From Candidatus Marinacidobacterales bacterium (GTDB taxonomy: Bacteria > Acidobacteriota > Vicinamibacteria > Marinacidobacterales > DATDRI01), in NCBI GenBank assembly GCA_965226495.1, contig OZ245365.1, positions 6,273,480 to 6,337,479 on the forward strand: DNA of 64,000 nucleotides, in the 5' to 3' direction. Under the pieces are notes generated by a model. The model did no database searches, had not been told where the DNA came from, and was given only the letters and a program-made list of their open reading frames with translations. Positions 21,317 to 32,083 of the stretch are shown here, one piece after another (position 1 is the stretch's first letter; every line of letters starts with the position of its first letter). Position numbers and translations under genes: made by a program.

Positions 21317-22978
21317 ATGAAGAAGATCCGCTGTGCCATCTATACGCGAAAGAGCGCGGAAGAGGGTCTCGAACAGGAGTTCAACTCCCTCGATGCGCAG
21401 CGAGAAGCCTGCGCCGCGTATGTCGCGAGCCAGAAAGCGGAGGGCTGGGTGCTGCTGCCAACCGTCTACGAGGACGCGGGGCTCTCGGGAGGAACCCTGG
21501 AGCGCCCGGGCCTGCAGCGCTTGCTCGACGACATCGATGCCGGTCTCGTCGACCGGATTGTGGTCTACAAGGTCGACCGGCTGACCCGTTCCCTCTCCGA
21601 CTTTGCGAAGCTCGTCGACCGGCTCGACGCGGCCAGCACCGGGTTTGTCTCGGTGACCCAGTCCTTCAACACCGCGACCAGCATGGGACGACTGACGCTG
21701 CATATGCTGCTGTCCTTCGCACAATTCGAACGGGAGGTCACGGCCGAGCGGATCCGCGATAAGGTCGCTGCCTCCAAGCGCAAGGGACTATGGATGGGCG
21801 GCCGCGTACCGCTCGGCTATGAGAAGGACGAGCGCACGCTGCGCATCAACGAGGCTGAGGCCGAAACGGTCCGGACGCTCTATGCGCTGTACCGGAAGCA
21901 CGGAACGCTCCGGCAGGTGAAGGCCGAGGCGGACCGTCTGAGACTGCGCACCAAGCAACGCTTCGCCGCGGATGGAACCCGGACAGGCGGGCTGCCGTTC
22001 CGTCGCGGACACCTCCACTGCCTGCTGACCAATCCTCTCTACGCCGGCCGCATCCGGCACCAGAGGCGTGTCTACGAGGGCCAGCATCCATCGATCATTG
22101 CTCCGGAGCTCTGGGACGCGGTCCAGGCGCAGCTGCAGGCAGGGGCTGCCAAACCAAGGAGACGCACGACGAAGGGCCGTGCAGCCCGTTCCCCACTGGC
22201 AGGCAAGCTCTTCGACGAGACCGGGGACCGGCTGACGCCGAGCCACACCAAAAAGAAAAACGGGCAACGGCTCCGCTACTACGTCTCCCGGCGCCTCATC
22301 CAGCACAGTGGCCAAAAGGACCTCTCCGGCTGGCGACTGCCCGCCCCGATGCTGGAACAGACCGTCGTGCATCTCATCCGACAGCATGTGGATGCCACGA
22401 CCTTCTCGGCCTCGTTGATCCACACTCCGACGATGCAAGAGCTCGCCTCGGTGCGTCGCTTTTTAGACGGGCTGTGTTCCGGTAGTAATGATGATAGTGC
22501 CTCGGCAGCCCCCCTGCTCCGTCTTATCCGGCGGGTCGATATCAGCCCCGGCTCTGTGTCCATCCTGCTCGACCGCAATGCGTTCGCTGCTTGCCTCTCT
22601 ATGGGACCCGACCGCATTCGCGAGGATGCACTCCGCATCCTCGCACCGTTCCGCTTGCGTCGACGCGGCGTCGAGACCAAGCTCGTTCTGGGCAACCCCA
22701 CGAAATCCGTCGACCGCACACTCCTGCGCAATATCGCCAACGCCCTCTCCTGGCTCGACCGAATCAAAGCAGGCAAAACCTATGAGCAGATTGCCACCGA
22801 AGACGCCATCCCAACGGACCGCGTGCGCAAGGCAATCCGTTATGCCTTCCTGGCTCCCGACATCGTCCGCGCCATTGTCGAAGGCCGCCAGCCCGTTGGG
22901 CTGACCTCGAGCTACCTCTTGCATCATCCGCTTCCCGACGATTGGGAGAAACAGCGAGTGCTCGTCAAAACGCTGTGA
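21317..22978 (+). CDS. Large serine site-specific recombinase
   Basis: RCAIYTRKS (catalytic Ser), SGGTLERPGL, VYKVDRLTRS, FAQFERE, GLWMGGRVPLGY, LTNPLYAG. Confidence 0.95.
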   Translation: MKKIRCAIYTRKSAEEGLEQEFNSLDAQREACAAYVASQKAEGWVLLPTVYEDAGLSGGTLERPGLQRLLDDIDAGLVDRIVVYKVDRLTRSLSDFAKLVDRLDAASTGFVSVTQSFNTATSMGRLTLHMLLSFAQFEREVTAERIRDKVAASKRKGLWMGGRVPLGYEKDERTLRINEAEAETVRTLYALYRKHGTLRQVKAEADRLRLRTKQRFAADGTRTGGLPFRRGHLHCLLTNPLYAGRIRHQRRVYEGQHPSIIAPELWDAVQAQLQAGAAKPRRRTTKGRAARSPLAGKLFDETGDRLTPSHTKKKNGQRLRYYVSRRLIQHSGQKDLSGWRLPAPMLEQTVVHLIRQHVDATTFSASLIHTPTMQELASVRRFLDGLCSGSNDDSASAAPLLRLIRRVDISPGSVSILLDRNAFAACLSMGPDRIREDALRILAPFRLRRRGVETKLVLGNPTKSVDRTLLRNIANALSWLDRIKAGKTYEQIATEDAIPTDRVRKAIRYAFLAPDIVRAIVEGRQPVGLTSSYLLHHPLPDDWEKQRVLVKTL

Positions 22979-23694
22979 GCCTGCCAGCGCCCACTTCGTG
23001 AATGGGCTCGGTTAGCAGCAAGCTGCTCTCCGACACTGGCCTCCACCAATCAGCCTCAAACTGGCCCAAATTCCCTGTCATGGTTTCCAGACTCGGATAG
23101 CTCCTTGTACTGGACCGTCTGCGGAGTCATCTTCGTTTCCTCCGTAAAACTCCGCTGGATGAATTCGAGGTTTGGCCAATTCGAATTCCGCTATTCGCCT
23201 TCTCCTCAGGCGCGATCTAGGCGTAGAGCGTCTTCTCATTGTCTGCGCGATTAAGTGGAAAAACGACACGATAAGCCCCAAAATCGCCCCAAATTGCACG
23301 CTAAGGCCTGTTTTGCTCTGTTTCTGATCGTTTCCAGCCAAGAATCGGAAGCTCCACTCGAGCCTCCCGACTGCGATAGCCGGAAAGATGTTCCCGTCGA
23401 CGAACATTCGCTGATGAGACGTAAAGCCTTTTGCGACAATGAGTAACGGTCGGAGCCGCCTCCGGAGGGTTTACGACACGGCCCTCTTTCAAGCGTCCAG
23501 GAGGTTGAGATTGCCGTATAGAAAATTTGATTGAAGCAATTCGATTCCGGCTCGAACGACCACCCGTCGATAATGCGTGCGGGGACCAGCACGTGACAGA
23601 GGCCGTTAAATCACTGTAGGGGAAGAGGATGGAACGAAATTGGCATCATGGTTGAAACCCGAGAGGGCGTAAAACAGCCTTTTCGCAAAACCTG

Positions 23695-23841
23695 TGTACG
23701 CGTCAAAAAAGTCAATAAATGCGCGAAACTCGAAACCTCCTGAATCTCCACTGGCTTTTCTGTTTGAGGATTTCCGCCAAAAGCTGGACCACCTTTTGCC
23801 GAGACCGGATAGCTCCAAACTGCACCATCCGCCACCCAGTC
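23695..23841. repeat. ~140-bp dispersed repeat, inverted copy at about 57259-57397 (possible att or element-end remnant)
   Basis: AAACTCGAAACCTCCTGAATCTCCACTGGCTTTTCTG...CTGCACCATCCGCCACCCAGTC is nearly identical in both places. Confidence 0.85.
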
Positions 23842-24600
23842 TTGCAAATTGTGGCACTGCAGAGACGGGTGAGATTTTCCGCGCGGTTGGCGGGGTTTTG
23901 CAGGGTGGGTGTCACCAGAGACGCGCTAGAAGGGCTGAAGAGGCCTCATTTTCGGTTTTGGTCTCTAATCTCGATTTTCGAGTGCCACGTTTGCGCCAAA
24001 GGGGGGGAGCGGGTCGCTGACAGGGCCGTGCAGCGTCGGAAAAGAGGCCGCCCGAGGGGTCCAGAATCAAGGCCAGGGCTACCGCGGCGTAGCCGGCTAG
24101 CACGTTCTGGTCCAGGTCTCCGCCCGGGAGCGTGGCATCCCGTTGCTGGACGGTGTTTTCGCTGCGCGTACGGGGAACCCGAATCGCCGACATCGCCTCC
24201 GACACGCCCCAGATCTGGGGCTCGCCATGGGTCGATGACGATCGAAACGGCCCGGCGCGCCAGTCTTGAGTTCGTTTGTGTTTTTGGACAGGACGGGCAC
24301 TCCCAAAGGAAACGGGGAGAAACAGATAGGCCGCGCCTACGGAGCACCGCGCCAGCCCTCGACCCTACCGGGTTCGCTGGCAATCAGCCAATCCCCAAGC
24401 TCGGCGCTCATGACGCAGCTTGATGGTCTTGACGACGTTCATGCTCGGTGCGACCCGATTGGGTACGAACTTCTCTTCGGAGAAACGGTTCTTCACTTGG
24501 ACCCTCCCACTGGAGCTTCAGTCTATGCGACTTCCTTCAGCTGTGTTTGGGGCAGTTTTTGGCGGGCACACCACGGGCATCGCCTCGATGAAACGAGATG

Positions 24601-25362
24601 TCATCCCTGGTCTTTTTTGAAATGATTCGCTCGATGCCATGCGAGCCGTTTCCGGTGCTCTTCTGTCAAGGGAATGGGATGATGCCAGCGCAGCTCGGTT
24701 CGTGCCGGCTCGCTCAGGGCAGGCGAGAACTCTGGTCTCCCATCGTCATCGAAGGTTACCAATCCCCTGTCAAAGGCCGCGTCCCAAAGCGCTGAGAGAA
24801 GCAGGCCGTTGTGGACGTTCAACCGTTCGGCATCGTCGGGGCAGTCCTTCCACGGAATGATGTGCGAGGCGCGCAGCAAGTCTCGGTCCGTGATTCCGGT
24901 CAAGGGGCAGCAGCCTTGCCAGTAGGTCAGCAGACGGTCGCGAAAGATGTCTTGGCCAATGCGCTGAACGACGAGGCGCTCGGCCTCGGTGGTCTTCGGC
25001 AGGTTGCGGGTTGCGGCGCGGAAGTCTTCGAGCGGGGCTTCGGGCAACGCTACGCCAAGGGCATAGACCTTGGGCAACACCGCATAGAGTTCGGTTAGCG
25101 TGGCGAAGGTATAGCGGGCAAGACCGGGACCGGGCATGTCGGCGCGTGGATGCTCCAGTTCCTCGACGACGCCCGTGTGGTCGAGAGCGAGGAACCAGGG
25201 ACCGGAAGGCCCCGTCGCGGAGAGGTAGATGGTCCCCTTCGCAGTCGTGGAGCCGTATCGTGCCCAGCCGGTCTTCTCTTTCATAGGGCGGCGATAGCCG
25301 TTCTGCCAAGCGGCCTTCCGGCATTCCTCAGCGACGACGAAGCCTTGAGGTATTTCGATCAC
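24601..25362 (-). CDS. HNH endonuclease
   Basis: RIGQDIFR...CPLTG...LRASHIIPW...NGLLLSALWDAAFDRGLVTFD; GTG start overlaps the MTase stop (GTGA). Confidence 0.9.
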   Translation of the reverse strand: MIEIPQGFVVAEECRKAAWQNGYRRPMKEKTGWARYGSTTAKGTIYLSATGPSGPWFLALDHTGVVEELEHPRADMPGPGLARYTFATLTELYAVLPKVYALGVALPEAPLEDFRAATRNLPKTTEAERLVVQRIGQDIFRDRLLTYWQGCCPLTGITDRDLLRASHIIPWKDCPDDAERLNVHNGLLLSALWDAAFDRGLVTFDDDGRPEFSPALSEPARTELRWHHPIPLTEEHRKRLAWHRANHFKKDQG

Positions 25363-28300
25363 AAATCGAGTTCCGTGAATTGGCCACTCGCCTCCATCCG
25401 GTCCCACGCGGCGAGGACGAGGCGGTGGGTGCGGTATTCGCCGTATTGGCGGACTTCCTTTTCCTTGAGTACACGGAAGGTTTCCGAGGGATAGTCGGGG
25501 CCCTTCACGTCGGTGGGGTCGAGGATGTAGCGCAGCTCGTCGCGGGTCAGGCCGTAGGCGCGAGCGTAGAAGGCGTCGAGATCGGCGCGCAAGTAAGGAC
25601 GGCGTTCCTCATCCCAGGCGAAGGGGGCGCCGTCATAGCCGAGGTCGCGGGCGAAGGAAGTCAGTGCGTGTGAGGTGTAGGTGAGTTCCAGAACCTTTGG
25701 AACAAGAAAAGACGGCGCTCGGTGTAGAAGGTTGGGAGGGAGAAGCGTAATTGCGGTAGTGAAGAACTTTAAAGTCGCCCCCAACTTTATGCCGTGCAAT
25801 GAAAGTCCACAAGCGAGTTTAGGTTCGCAGTCAGCCCGCCAATGATCTTGAGGTACAGTGGTCCAAAGAGCATCAATGGGAAACTTGTCGTTGACCCCCA
25901 CTCTCGGAAACACCGCAATCACTGTCCGCTCGTCGGTCGCCCGCGCGATATCACGCCACCCCATCAACCAGCCTCGGGACCAGCCTTTGGCAATGAGGCG
26001 CTCGTTCACTTCAGTATCCGGCACCCAATAACGGGGGGCGGGCTCGCAGGTCGGACGCTGCTTTTCCGTCTGGCCAAGGTTGGCCGAGCTTTCGCCGTCC
26101 TCGGCATAGCCCGCCCAGCGATGGTCGAATTGATGGATCATCTTCGCCTCGTAGAGCGGTACATAGCGCATGGCGCGAGGCCCACCGTCCAAAAGCGGCA
26201 GGTTGCCGCCATCGGCCCCTCTAACCGCCAGCCCGCCTTGTGAAGGGCGCTGGTCGGAGCAGATCCAATCGGCGCCTTCGCGCACGGACCCGGCTTCCGT
26301 CAGCTCTCGCGCCGTGCGGAACAGGGCTGAGTCGGAGGTCATGTTGAACAGGCCCTGTCGAAACTCGATCCCCCACGGGTTGCCTTCCCGCCCCTTGCCC
26401 TCCTCGATCAGTATCGGGGCGTTGGCGTAGATCTTTGCGGTCAGTTCCGCATCGGCACGAGAGCGGAAGACAGGTGCTGTACGGGTGTTGGGGTTGATCG
26501 CCGCGATCTGCTGGGAGCTCAGGGTAAAGTTTCGCTCCGTTTCGGCCAGTTGCGCGGGGTCGGTCAGGAAGAAAGCAAATCGGGCGGCGCCTTCGTTCCG
26601 TCCAAGAGTCAGAAGGCAGAACTTGATCCTGCGATCTACGCTACCAAACAAAGGTGCGCTATTCTCGAAATCCACCAGTTGTGAGAGCCGCCGCTCTTCG
26701 ACCAACGCGGCGAAGAATGCCGCGGTGGTGGCATCGGTGGCGATTCCCGTCGGCACGATCACCCCGGCGCGATCGCGCGTGAGATCAGCGAACAGTTCCG
26801 CAAACAGGGAATAGGTGTTCACCTTCCCCCTTGCAGTCAGCTCAAAACGGCCCGATCCTCGAGCAAACTGATTTCCAGCGTCGAACAAGCGCTTGGCGGC
26901 AACGAAATCGCGGAACGCCGCCGGAGCGATGTGTTCAAGCTGGTCGATGGCTTCCTTGCGGGCTGCACCGGCAAGTGCGGCAATCTCGGGATGTGAAGCA
27001 GCAAAATATTCCTTCTCCGAAAGTTGCATTACCTCCCACGGTGGGTTGCCCAGCACGACATCGAAGCCGCCACGCCCCATGATGTCAAGAAATTCCAGCG
27101 GCCAGTGGAAGGCCCGTGCGTGACGGGCGGCCTCGGGTGCTCCCGTCATGGATTGCCGAATCGTGCCTTGGCTCAAGGCCAGCCAGACTTCGTCGGTCGT
27201 GGGCACGGTGCCTGCCTTGGTGCTCAAGGGTGTGCCCCCGGTCTTTGGCAGAAGGAAGGCCCCGACATAGAGGTCTCCCGCAGCCCGCGCGCGAGCAAAT
27301 GCCTCCTTCTCACGCAGTTCTTGAAAACGGGTGGCCTTCACACCGATTTGCTCGACCGTGTCTTCGGGGAGATTGCGGAAGCCCGAAAAATCCCCCGCCA
27401 GCGGCTTTATCGCAGGCAGTACCGCTTGGCCCGTGCTGAAGTCGAACTCGCCTTGGCCTGCCGTCGCGTCGCGGTTCGCTCTGAGGTAGTACTTCGCGGT
27501 GACCTTGTCATCTCCGGTCAACGGCTTGTAGGCGGCATCGGGAATGCCGTCCTCGAGAACTTTTAGATCAAAGATACCCAGCAGCGCATCACCGCAACGG
27601 ATCTGCGCGTCGAAGAAGCCGAGGGGCAGACCCGGGTCCACCGTCTCGATCCAGAGCGCTACCTTGGTGAGCTCTACGGCCATGGGATTGCGGTCCACCC
27701 CGTGGATGCAGCATCGCGCGACATCGCGGAGCGCATGGCGGAAGTCGGCGAGCGAAGGCGTGCCTTCGGCCCGGATGCGAGCGAGTCGTGTGGCGATGCG
27801 CCTTGCCGCCGCCAGAAGGAAGTGGCCCGAGCCACAGGCTGGGTCGATCACAGAAAGCCTGAGCAACGCTTTCGCCGGATCCTTCGCCTCGGCTTCGGTC
27901 CGGTCGAGCACGGGGTCGAGCGCAGTGTCGAGGAGTGCTTGAACGAGGCTGTCTGGGGTGTAGTAGGAGCCGGTAGTTTTGCGCTGATTGCCCTTCTGCT
28001 CCGAGACATCGGAAGCAAAGACCAGCGCACGGCCGTCATCCGTGAGCTGCGGCTGGAGTTCGAGGAGAGATTCGTAAACCGAGCCCAGCTCTTCGGTTTC
28101 CATCGCCCGCCAGTTGACCGGCACCATACCGGTGTGGTCGGAAAGCCAGGAGAGTCGATAGACGGCCTCCATGAAGGCGCTGTTCTGCAGGCGGGCAGAG
28201 GCTAGATGCGGCAACTGGTCGGCTCCGAAGAGGCCGCCGAGGGCAGGAAGCGCGAGCGCGTCTTCGCCAGTCGCGAGTGCACGGAAGACCACCTTCATGC

Positions 28301-29309
28301 CCTCGTAGCGGTCATAGTGGCGGTCCCACGTCGCACCGCGCACGCAGTGCGCCCTGAGCATCGCAAGACCATAGCCGTCGATATAGAGCGTTCGAGCATC
28401 CCTCTTGGCGTTGGTGGGATGGAGAAGATTCCGGTCCTCGGCCACCATCAAGAAGATGAGTCGGTAGACGAGGCGCAGGAGCTCGTTGAACCAGACCGTC
28501 AACGATAGCGCGCCTGACTGAAGCCGTGCGGCGAGGCTTGGGTTTACGTCGAGGAAGCTCGAGCCAAGAACGCGGAGGGCGACCTCGACCTGGCCCGCCA
28601 GCCGGTCCCTTGCAGCCTCTCCTTCGCGCGCACCGGCTTCCCGCCAACGTTCAAGGGCGCAGTCGGTGGCGGGGGTTCCCGCCTCCCCGAAGCGGGAACG
28701 GTGAATGAGAAGCCAGAGCGCCGCGAAGGAGGCCGCGTCCTCGTTGGTGAAGATCTGGCTGAGGTCGGCCTCGATATGGGCGGGCCGAGTGAGCGAGGCA
28801 TTGTCGCGCAGCAGGCGAAGATGAACGCCGTTGGTGGCAAGGCCCCAGAGCGCCTCATCATGCTCATTCAGATAGTCCTGAAGCGCAAACATGGGGGAAC
28901 GCGACCTGTCGGTCGAGAGGGTTGGGCTGCGCCTTTCGAGGGACTCCGACGGGGGCACGACGATGACCGGCACGCGGCGGTCTCCGGCGATGCAGGTGAC
29001 GATTCCCGATGTGTCCGTGAGATCGGCGAATCCGAAGGTTTCCTTCAGGAAGTCATACGCGAAGCGGCTGGTCGCTTCTGCCGACGGCGTGTTTACTTTC
29101 GTGAACGCATCGAAGTGTGCCTGTCCGACGCGGAAAGCGAGGGGAATTTCCTCCCTGATGGTGAGTCCCTTGCGAACCTCGTAATCGTCTTCGGTCTGCT
29201 CCGCGGCCTCACGGCGGTCGATTTTCGCGACCATTGCCGGAGCAATCAGATTCCCCTCGAGCGAAAGCGCCGGCCAAGCGGACATATCGGTGACTTGCTT
29301 GCGCGCCAT
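25359..29309 (-). CDS. Large N6-adenine DNA methyltransferase (Eco57I/type IIG-like; DrmMI-like)
   Basis: ELGSVYESLL, RKTTGSYYTP, DPACGSGHFL (motif I), GNPPW (motif IV), C-terminal target-recognition region. Confidence 0.92.
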   Translation of the reverse strand: MARKQVTDMSAWPALSLEGNLIAPAMVAKIDRREAAEQTEDDYEVRKGLTIREEIPLAFRVGQAHFDAFTKVNTPSAEATSRFAYDFLKETFGFADLTDTSGIVTCIAGDRRVPVIVVPPSESLERRSPTLSTDRSRSPMFALQDYLNEHDEALWGLATNGVHLRLLRDNASLTRPAHIEADLSQIFTNEDAASFAALWLLIHRSRFGEAGTPATDCALERWREAGAREGEAARDRLAGQVEVALRVLGSSFLDVNPSLAARLQSGALSLTVWFNELLRLVYRLIFLMVAEDRNLLHPTNAKRDARTLYIDGYGLAMLRAHCVRGATWDRHYDRYEGMKVVFRALATGEDALALPALGGLFGADQLPHLASARLQNSAFMEAVYRLSWLSDHTGMVPVNWRAMETEELGSVYESLLELQPQLTDDGRALVFASDVSEQKGNQRKTTGSYYTPDSLVQALLDTALDPVLDRTEAEAKDPAKALLRLSVIDPACGSGHFLLAAARRIATRLARIRAEGTPSLADFRHALRDVARCCIHGVDRNPMAVELTKVALWIETVDPGLPLGFFDAQIRCGDALLGIFDLKVLEDGIPDAAYKPLTGDDKVTAKYYLRANRDATAGQGEFDFSTGQAVLPAIKPLAGDFSGFRNLPEDTVEQIGVKATRFQELREKEAFARARAAGDLYVGAFLLPKTGGTPLSTKAGTVPTTDEVWLALSQGTIRQSMTGAPEAARHARAFHWPLEFLDIMGRGGFDVVLGNPPWEVMQLSEKEYFAASHPEIAALAGAARKEAIDQLEHIAPAAFRDFVAAKRLFDAGNQFARGSGRFELTARGKVNTYSLFAELFADLTRDRAGVIVPTGIATDATTAAFFAALVEERRLSQLVDFENSAPLFGSVDRRIKFCLLTLGRNEGAARFAFFLTDPAQLAETERNFTLSSQQIAAINPNTRTAPVFRSRADAELTAKIYANAPILIEEGKGREGNPWGIEFRQGLFNMTSDSALFRTARELTEAGSVREGADWICSDQRPSQGGLAVRGADGGNLPLLDGGPRAMRYVPLYEAKMIHQFDHRWAGYAEDGESSANLGQTEKQRPTCEPAPRYWVPDTEVNERLIAKGWSRGWLMGWRDIARATDERTVIAVFPRVGVNDKFPIDALWTTVPQDHWRADCEPKLACGLSLHGIKLGATLKFFTTAITLLPPNLLHRAPSFLVPKVLELTYTSHALTSFARDLGYDGAPFAWDEERRPYLRADLDAFYARAYGLTRDELRYILDPTDVKGPDYPSETFRVLKEKEVRQYGEYRTHRLVLAAWDRMEASGQFTELDL

Positions 29310-29312
29310 GGC

Positions 29313-32078
29313 TCACGCCTCGCTCGGCAACAGAACGAAGAGGCCGATGACGTCAGGGGGCTGGACGCCTTCCACGCTCACGCGCGATGCCGACCCTGCA
29401 GCCGCCCGCAGTCTGGCATGGTCTTCCGCAAGCTTGTCAGCACGCACGCGTACGAACTCGCCGATGGGACCGGCCACGAGGTCGGGCAGATCTTCCTGCG
29501 CGCGTTGGATGAACCGATCCCTTGCCGTTGGAGCCAGATCGGCAGCGGCGGGTGTGTCGAGGAGCGTCTTTGCGGTATCGCCCGATGCGACAATGGTGCC
29601 GTCGTGCAAGGCGACCAGCGCGGCTTCTTCCGCGAGCAGCAGGCGTTCCTTTCGGGCATGGATTGTGAGCTTGAAGCGAAGCCTCAGAAGCGCGATCCAC
29701 GTCACGCGTTCCACGGCTGGGGTCGGCCATGCCCCCACACGACCGATTCCAAGGTTGGCGAGCGTTTCGGGGTCGAGCGATGCCTCGACAAGCGCCTCCG
29801 CAAGGGTTGCGGTGAGGGGGTGGGTCCGTGTGAGAAGCGCTGTCCCTGAGGGGGCTGGCTCGGACGGGGCAAGCCGCACAGACCGGGACATACCTTGTTG
29901 CGCCAGGCGCTCGCGCAGTCCGGCTTCGAGCGCATGAACGTGGGCCACGAGGACCGACCTCCGTGGCTCCAGGGGGACGCCAAAACGCGACATGGTGCGT
30001 TCGATGAAGGTGCGAGCTGCCTCCGGCGAACCGAGGAAGCTTGCAGCCTTTTTCCATTCGGGAGCCACTTCTTGCGGCTTCATCGCGTTCTGGGCGAAGC
30101 GAGTCCGGGAGCGTTTCTCCTTCTCCGAGACGTCGCGCCAACGGGTTTCGACGAGGCGAGCACCGTCCTTGAGACGCAGATCGAGTGTCATCTGCTCCCT
30201 ACCGCCCTGGCGAAGCATCATCGAAGCCATGAGGGCATCGGTGACGGGACCCCGTTCGTCCGGGAGGGGCACGGTCACGCCAGTCACCTTACGGATCTCC
30301 TCGGCCTTGCGCAGGATGACGTCCAGGACGGCACCGTCGATCGCGCTCGCCGGCGAGAACATCATGATCGAATGGACGAGTTCGGCGGGCTGGCCGAAAC
30401 GGTCGACGCGACCCTCCCGCTGCTGATGGCGGGTCGGATTCCACGAAAGATCGTAATGAACCACCGTGTCGAAGAGCTGCTGGAGATTGATCCCCTCCGA
30501 CAAGCAGTCGGTAGCGACCAGAATACGCTGGACCTCTTTCTCGTCTTCCGCAGGCGCCATATCGGCGACCCGGTCCCGTCGCTCGTCCGGTGTGAGCACT
30601 CCAGTGACGGCCTCGACGCGCAACTTCGGGAAGGATTTCCGCAGGCCGTTGCGAACGTGCTCTGCCGTGGCAAGATACCGGCAGAAGACGACCGGGTTCG
30701 CGCCCTTCTTCAGGAGGGGAGTGAGGACACCGACCAGCGCCTCGAGCTTCGGATCGGGCTCCTTCGTCAGGCGTTCAGCGTGCCGGACAAGGCTCAGGAG
30801 GGCAGGATCCGCATCGAACGCCACGCTCGGCTCGATGTCGACGGCGTCCTCGTCATCCCCATCCTCGTCGTAGATCTGAGACTCTAGACGCTCGGCTTCA
30901 TGCGTCATGCGGTTACGCAGTGCGCTCAGAGCTGCGGTCGGTGACGAGCCGACGCAACGCATCAATGCCAGCGTTCCCCAGAACGCCAGTCGGCGCTCTC
31001 GCTGGCTGGTTCCCGCACGGGAGACCACGCCCAGGCAATAGTCGAGGACGGCTTCCTGGAAATCGAGATAGGCTTTTGACAGTGGATAGGGTGTCTCCGT
31101 AGTTTCGTGCTTCGGGAAGGCACGCTCCTCACCCCACTCGCCAGATACCAAATCGATTCTTCGCCGCTGCACGAAGTGACGGGCCAGGCGCTCCCGGTAA
31201 CGGGCGTCGTCGAAGCTCATGGAGGCAAATTCCAGGTCGACCAGGGACAGAAGGCGTGAGAACGCCTCCTCATCACCCGAATGCGGCGTGGCTGTCAGCA
31301 GGATCATGCGCCGTTGCGGATCGCGGGCGAGACCTTGGAGAAGTGCAAACCGCTGCTGCTTACCTTTATGAGTGCCCACGCAGGCATGGGCCTCATCCAC
31401 GATCACGAAGTCGGGACAAGCCCGGGCGAATCCCTCTCGCCGCTTCTCAGCCTTGATGTAGTCCAGGCTGACCACCGTGTAGGGATAGGCATCGAAAAGC
31501 GTCTGCGCAACGGGCAGGCCACGCTCCAGGCGCGCGGCCGAGCCCGATGTGACCGCTACGGGGTCAATACCGAAGCGGGATTTCAGTTCGAGCACCCATT
31601 GTTCGACGAGGTGAGGCGGGCATAGGACCGAGAAGGCATCGACCTCGCCGCGATCCAAGAATTCCCGAAGGATGAGACCAGCTTCAATCGTCTTGCCGAT
31701 GCCCACGTCATCCGCTATCAAGAGGCGAGGCACTTGGAGGCGAAGCGCCATCAGCAGCGGCACAAGCTGATAGGTCCGTGGCTCGAAAGCGAGCTGCGCT
31801 GCTGAGCGGAAAGGACCGGCCCCGCGCCGGAGAGTGAGGCGAAGCGCATCGGCAAGAAGCGCCGCCTTCGACTGGACCGTTGGAACGGCGTTTTCGGGCA
31901 GGTAGAAGCGGGCAGGTCCGACGGGCTCGCTCTCGAGCCGGGGGTCGAGAAGAACGGTGTCCTTCTCGTTGCCGGAAAGGGGGCGCAACGCGAGTAGGTG
32001 GTCTCGGGGTGCTGGTAAGGCAACCCATTCCCGACCCCGGGCACGGACAAGGTCGCCTGGAGCAAAGGAAAGAGGCAT
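29313..32078 (-). CDS. SNF2-family helicase (DrmD-like)
   Basis: LLIADDVGIGKT, DEAH, LTATPHSG, ATDCLSEGINLQ, QREGRVDRFGQ; start MPLSFAPGDLVRARGREW. Confidence 0.92.
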   Translation of the reverse strand: MPLSFAPGDLVRARGREWVALPAPRDHLLALRPLSGNEKDTVLLDPRLESEPVGPARFYLPENAVPTVQSKAALLADALRLTLRRGAGPFRSAAQLAFEPRTYQLVPLLMALRLQVPRLLIADDVGIGKTIEAGLILREFLDRGEVDAFSVLCPPHLVEQWVLELKSRFGIDPVAVTSGSAARLERGLPVAQTLFDAYPYTVVSLDYIKAEKRREGFARACPDFVIVDEAHACVGTHKGKQQRFALLQGLARDPQRRMILLTATPHSGDEEAFSRLLSLVDLEFASMSFDDARYRERLARHFVQRRRIDLVSGEWGEERAFPKHETTETPYPLSKAYLDFQEAVLDYCLGVVSRAGTSQRERRLAFWGTLALMRCVGSSPTAALSALRNRMTHEAERLESQIYDEDGDDEDAVDIEPSVAFDADPALLSLVRHAERLTKEPDPKLEALVGVLTPLLKKGANPVVFCRYLATAEHVRNGLRKSFPKLRVEAVTGVLTPDERRDRVADMAPAEDEKEVQRILVATDCLSEGINLQQLFDTVVHYDLSWNPTRHQQREGRVDRFGQPAELVHSIMMFSPASAIDGAVLDVILRKAEEIRKVTGVTVPLPDERGPVTDALMASMMLRQGGREQMTLDLRLKDGARLVETRWRDVSEKEKRSRTRFAQNAMKPQEVAPEWKKAASFLGSPEAARTFIERTMSRFGVPLEPRRSVLVAHVHALEAGLRERLAQQGMSRSVRLAPSEPAPSGTALLTRTHPLTATLAEALVEASLDPETLANLGIGRVGAWPTPAVERVTWIALLRLRFKLTIHARKERLLLAEEAALVALHDGTIVASGDTAKTLLDTPAAADLAPTARDRFIQRAQEDLPDLVAGPIGEFVRVRADKLAEDHARLRAAAGSASRVSVEGVQPPDVIGLFVLLPSEA

Positions 32079-32083
32079 TTCGG

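Noticed and set aside
22979-23690. Short ORFs downstream of the recombinase
   Set aside because: No recognisable motif or consistent coding signal.
23790-23845. Possible tRNA 3' end
   Set aside because: No cloverleaf, T-loop (GTTCGA) or CCA could be built; kept only as a repeat.
24601-25362. HNH protein as an IscB/Cas9-like RNA-guided nuclease
   Set aside because: Only about 253 aa, no RuvC motifs or bridge helix; coupled to the MTase.
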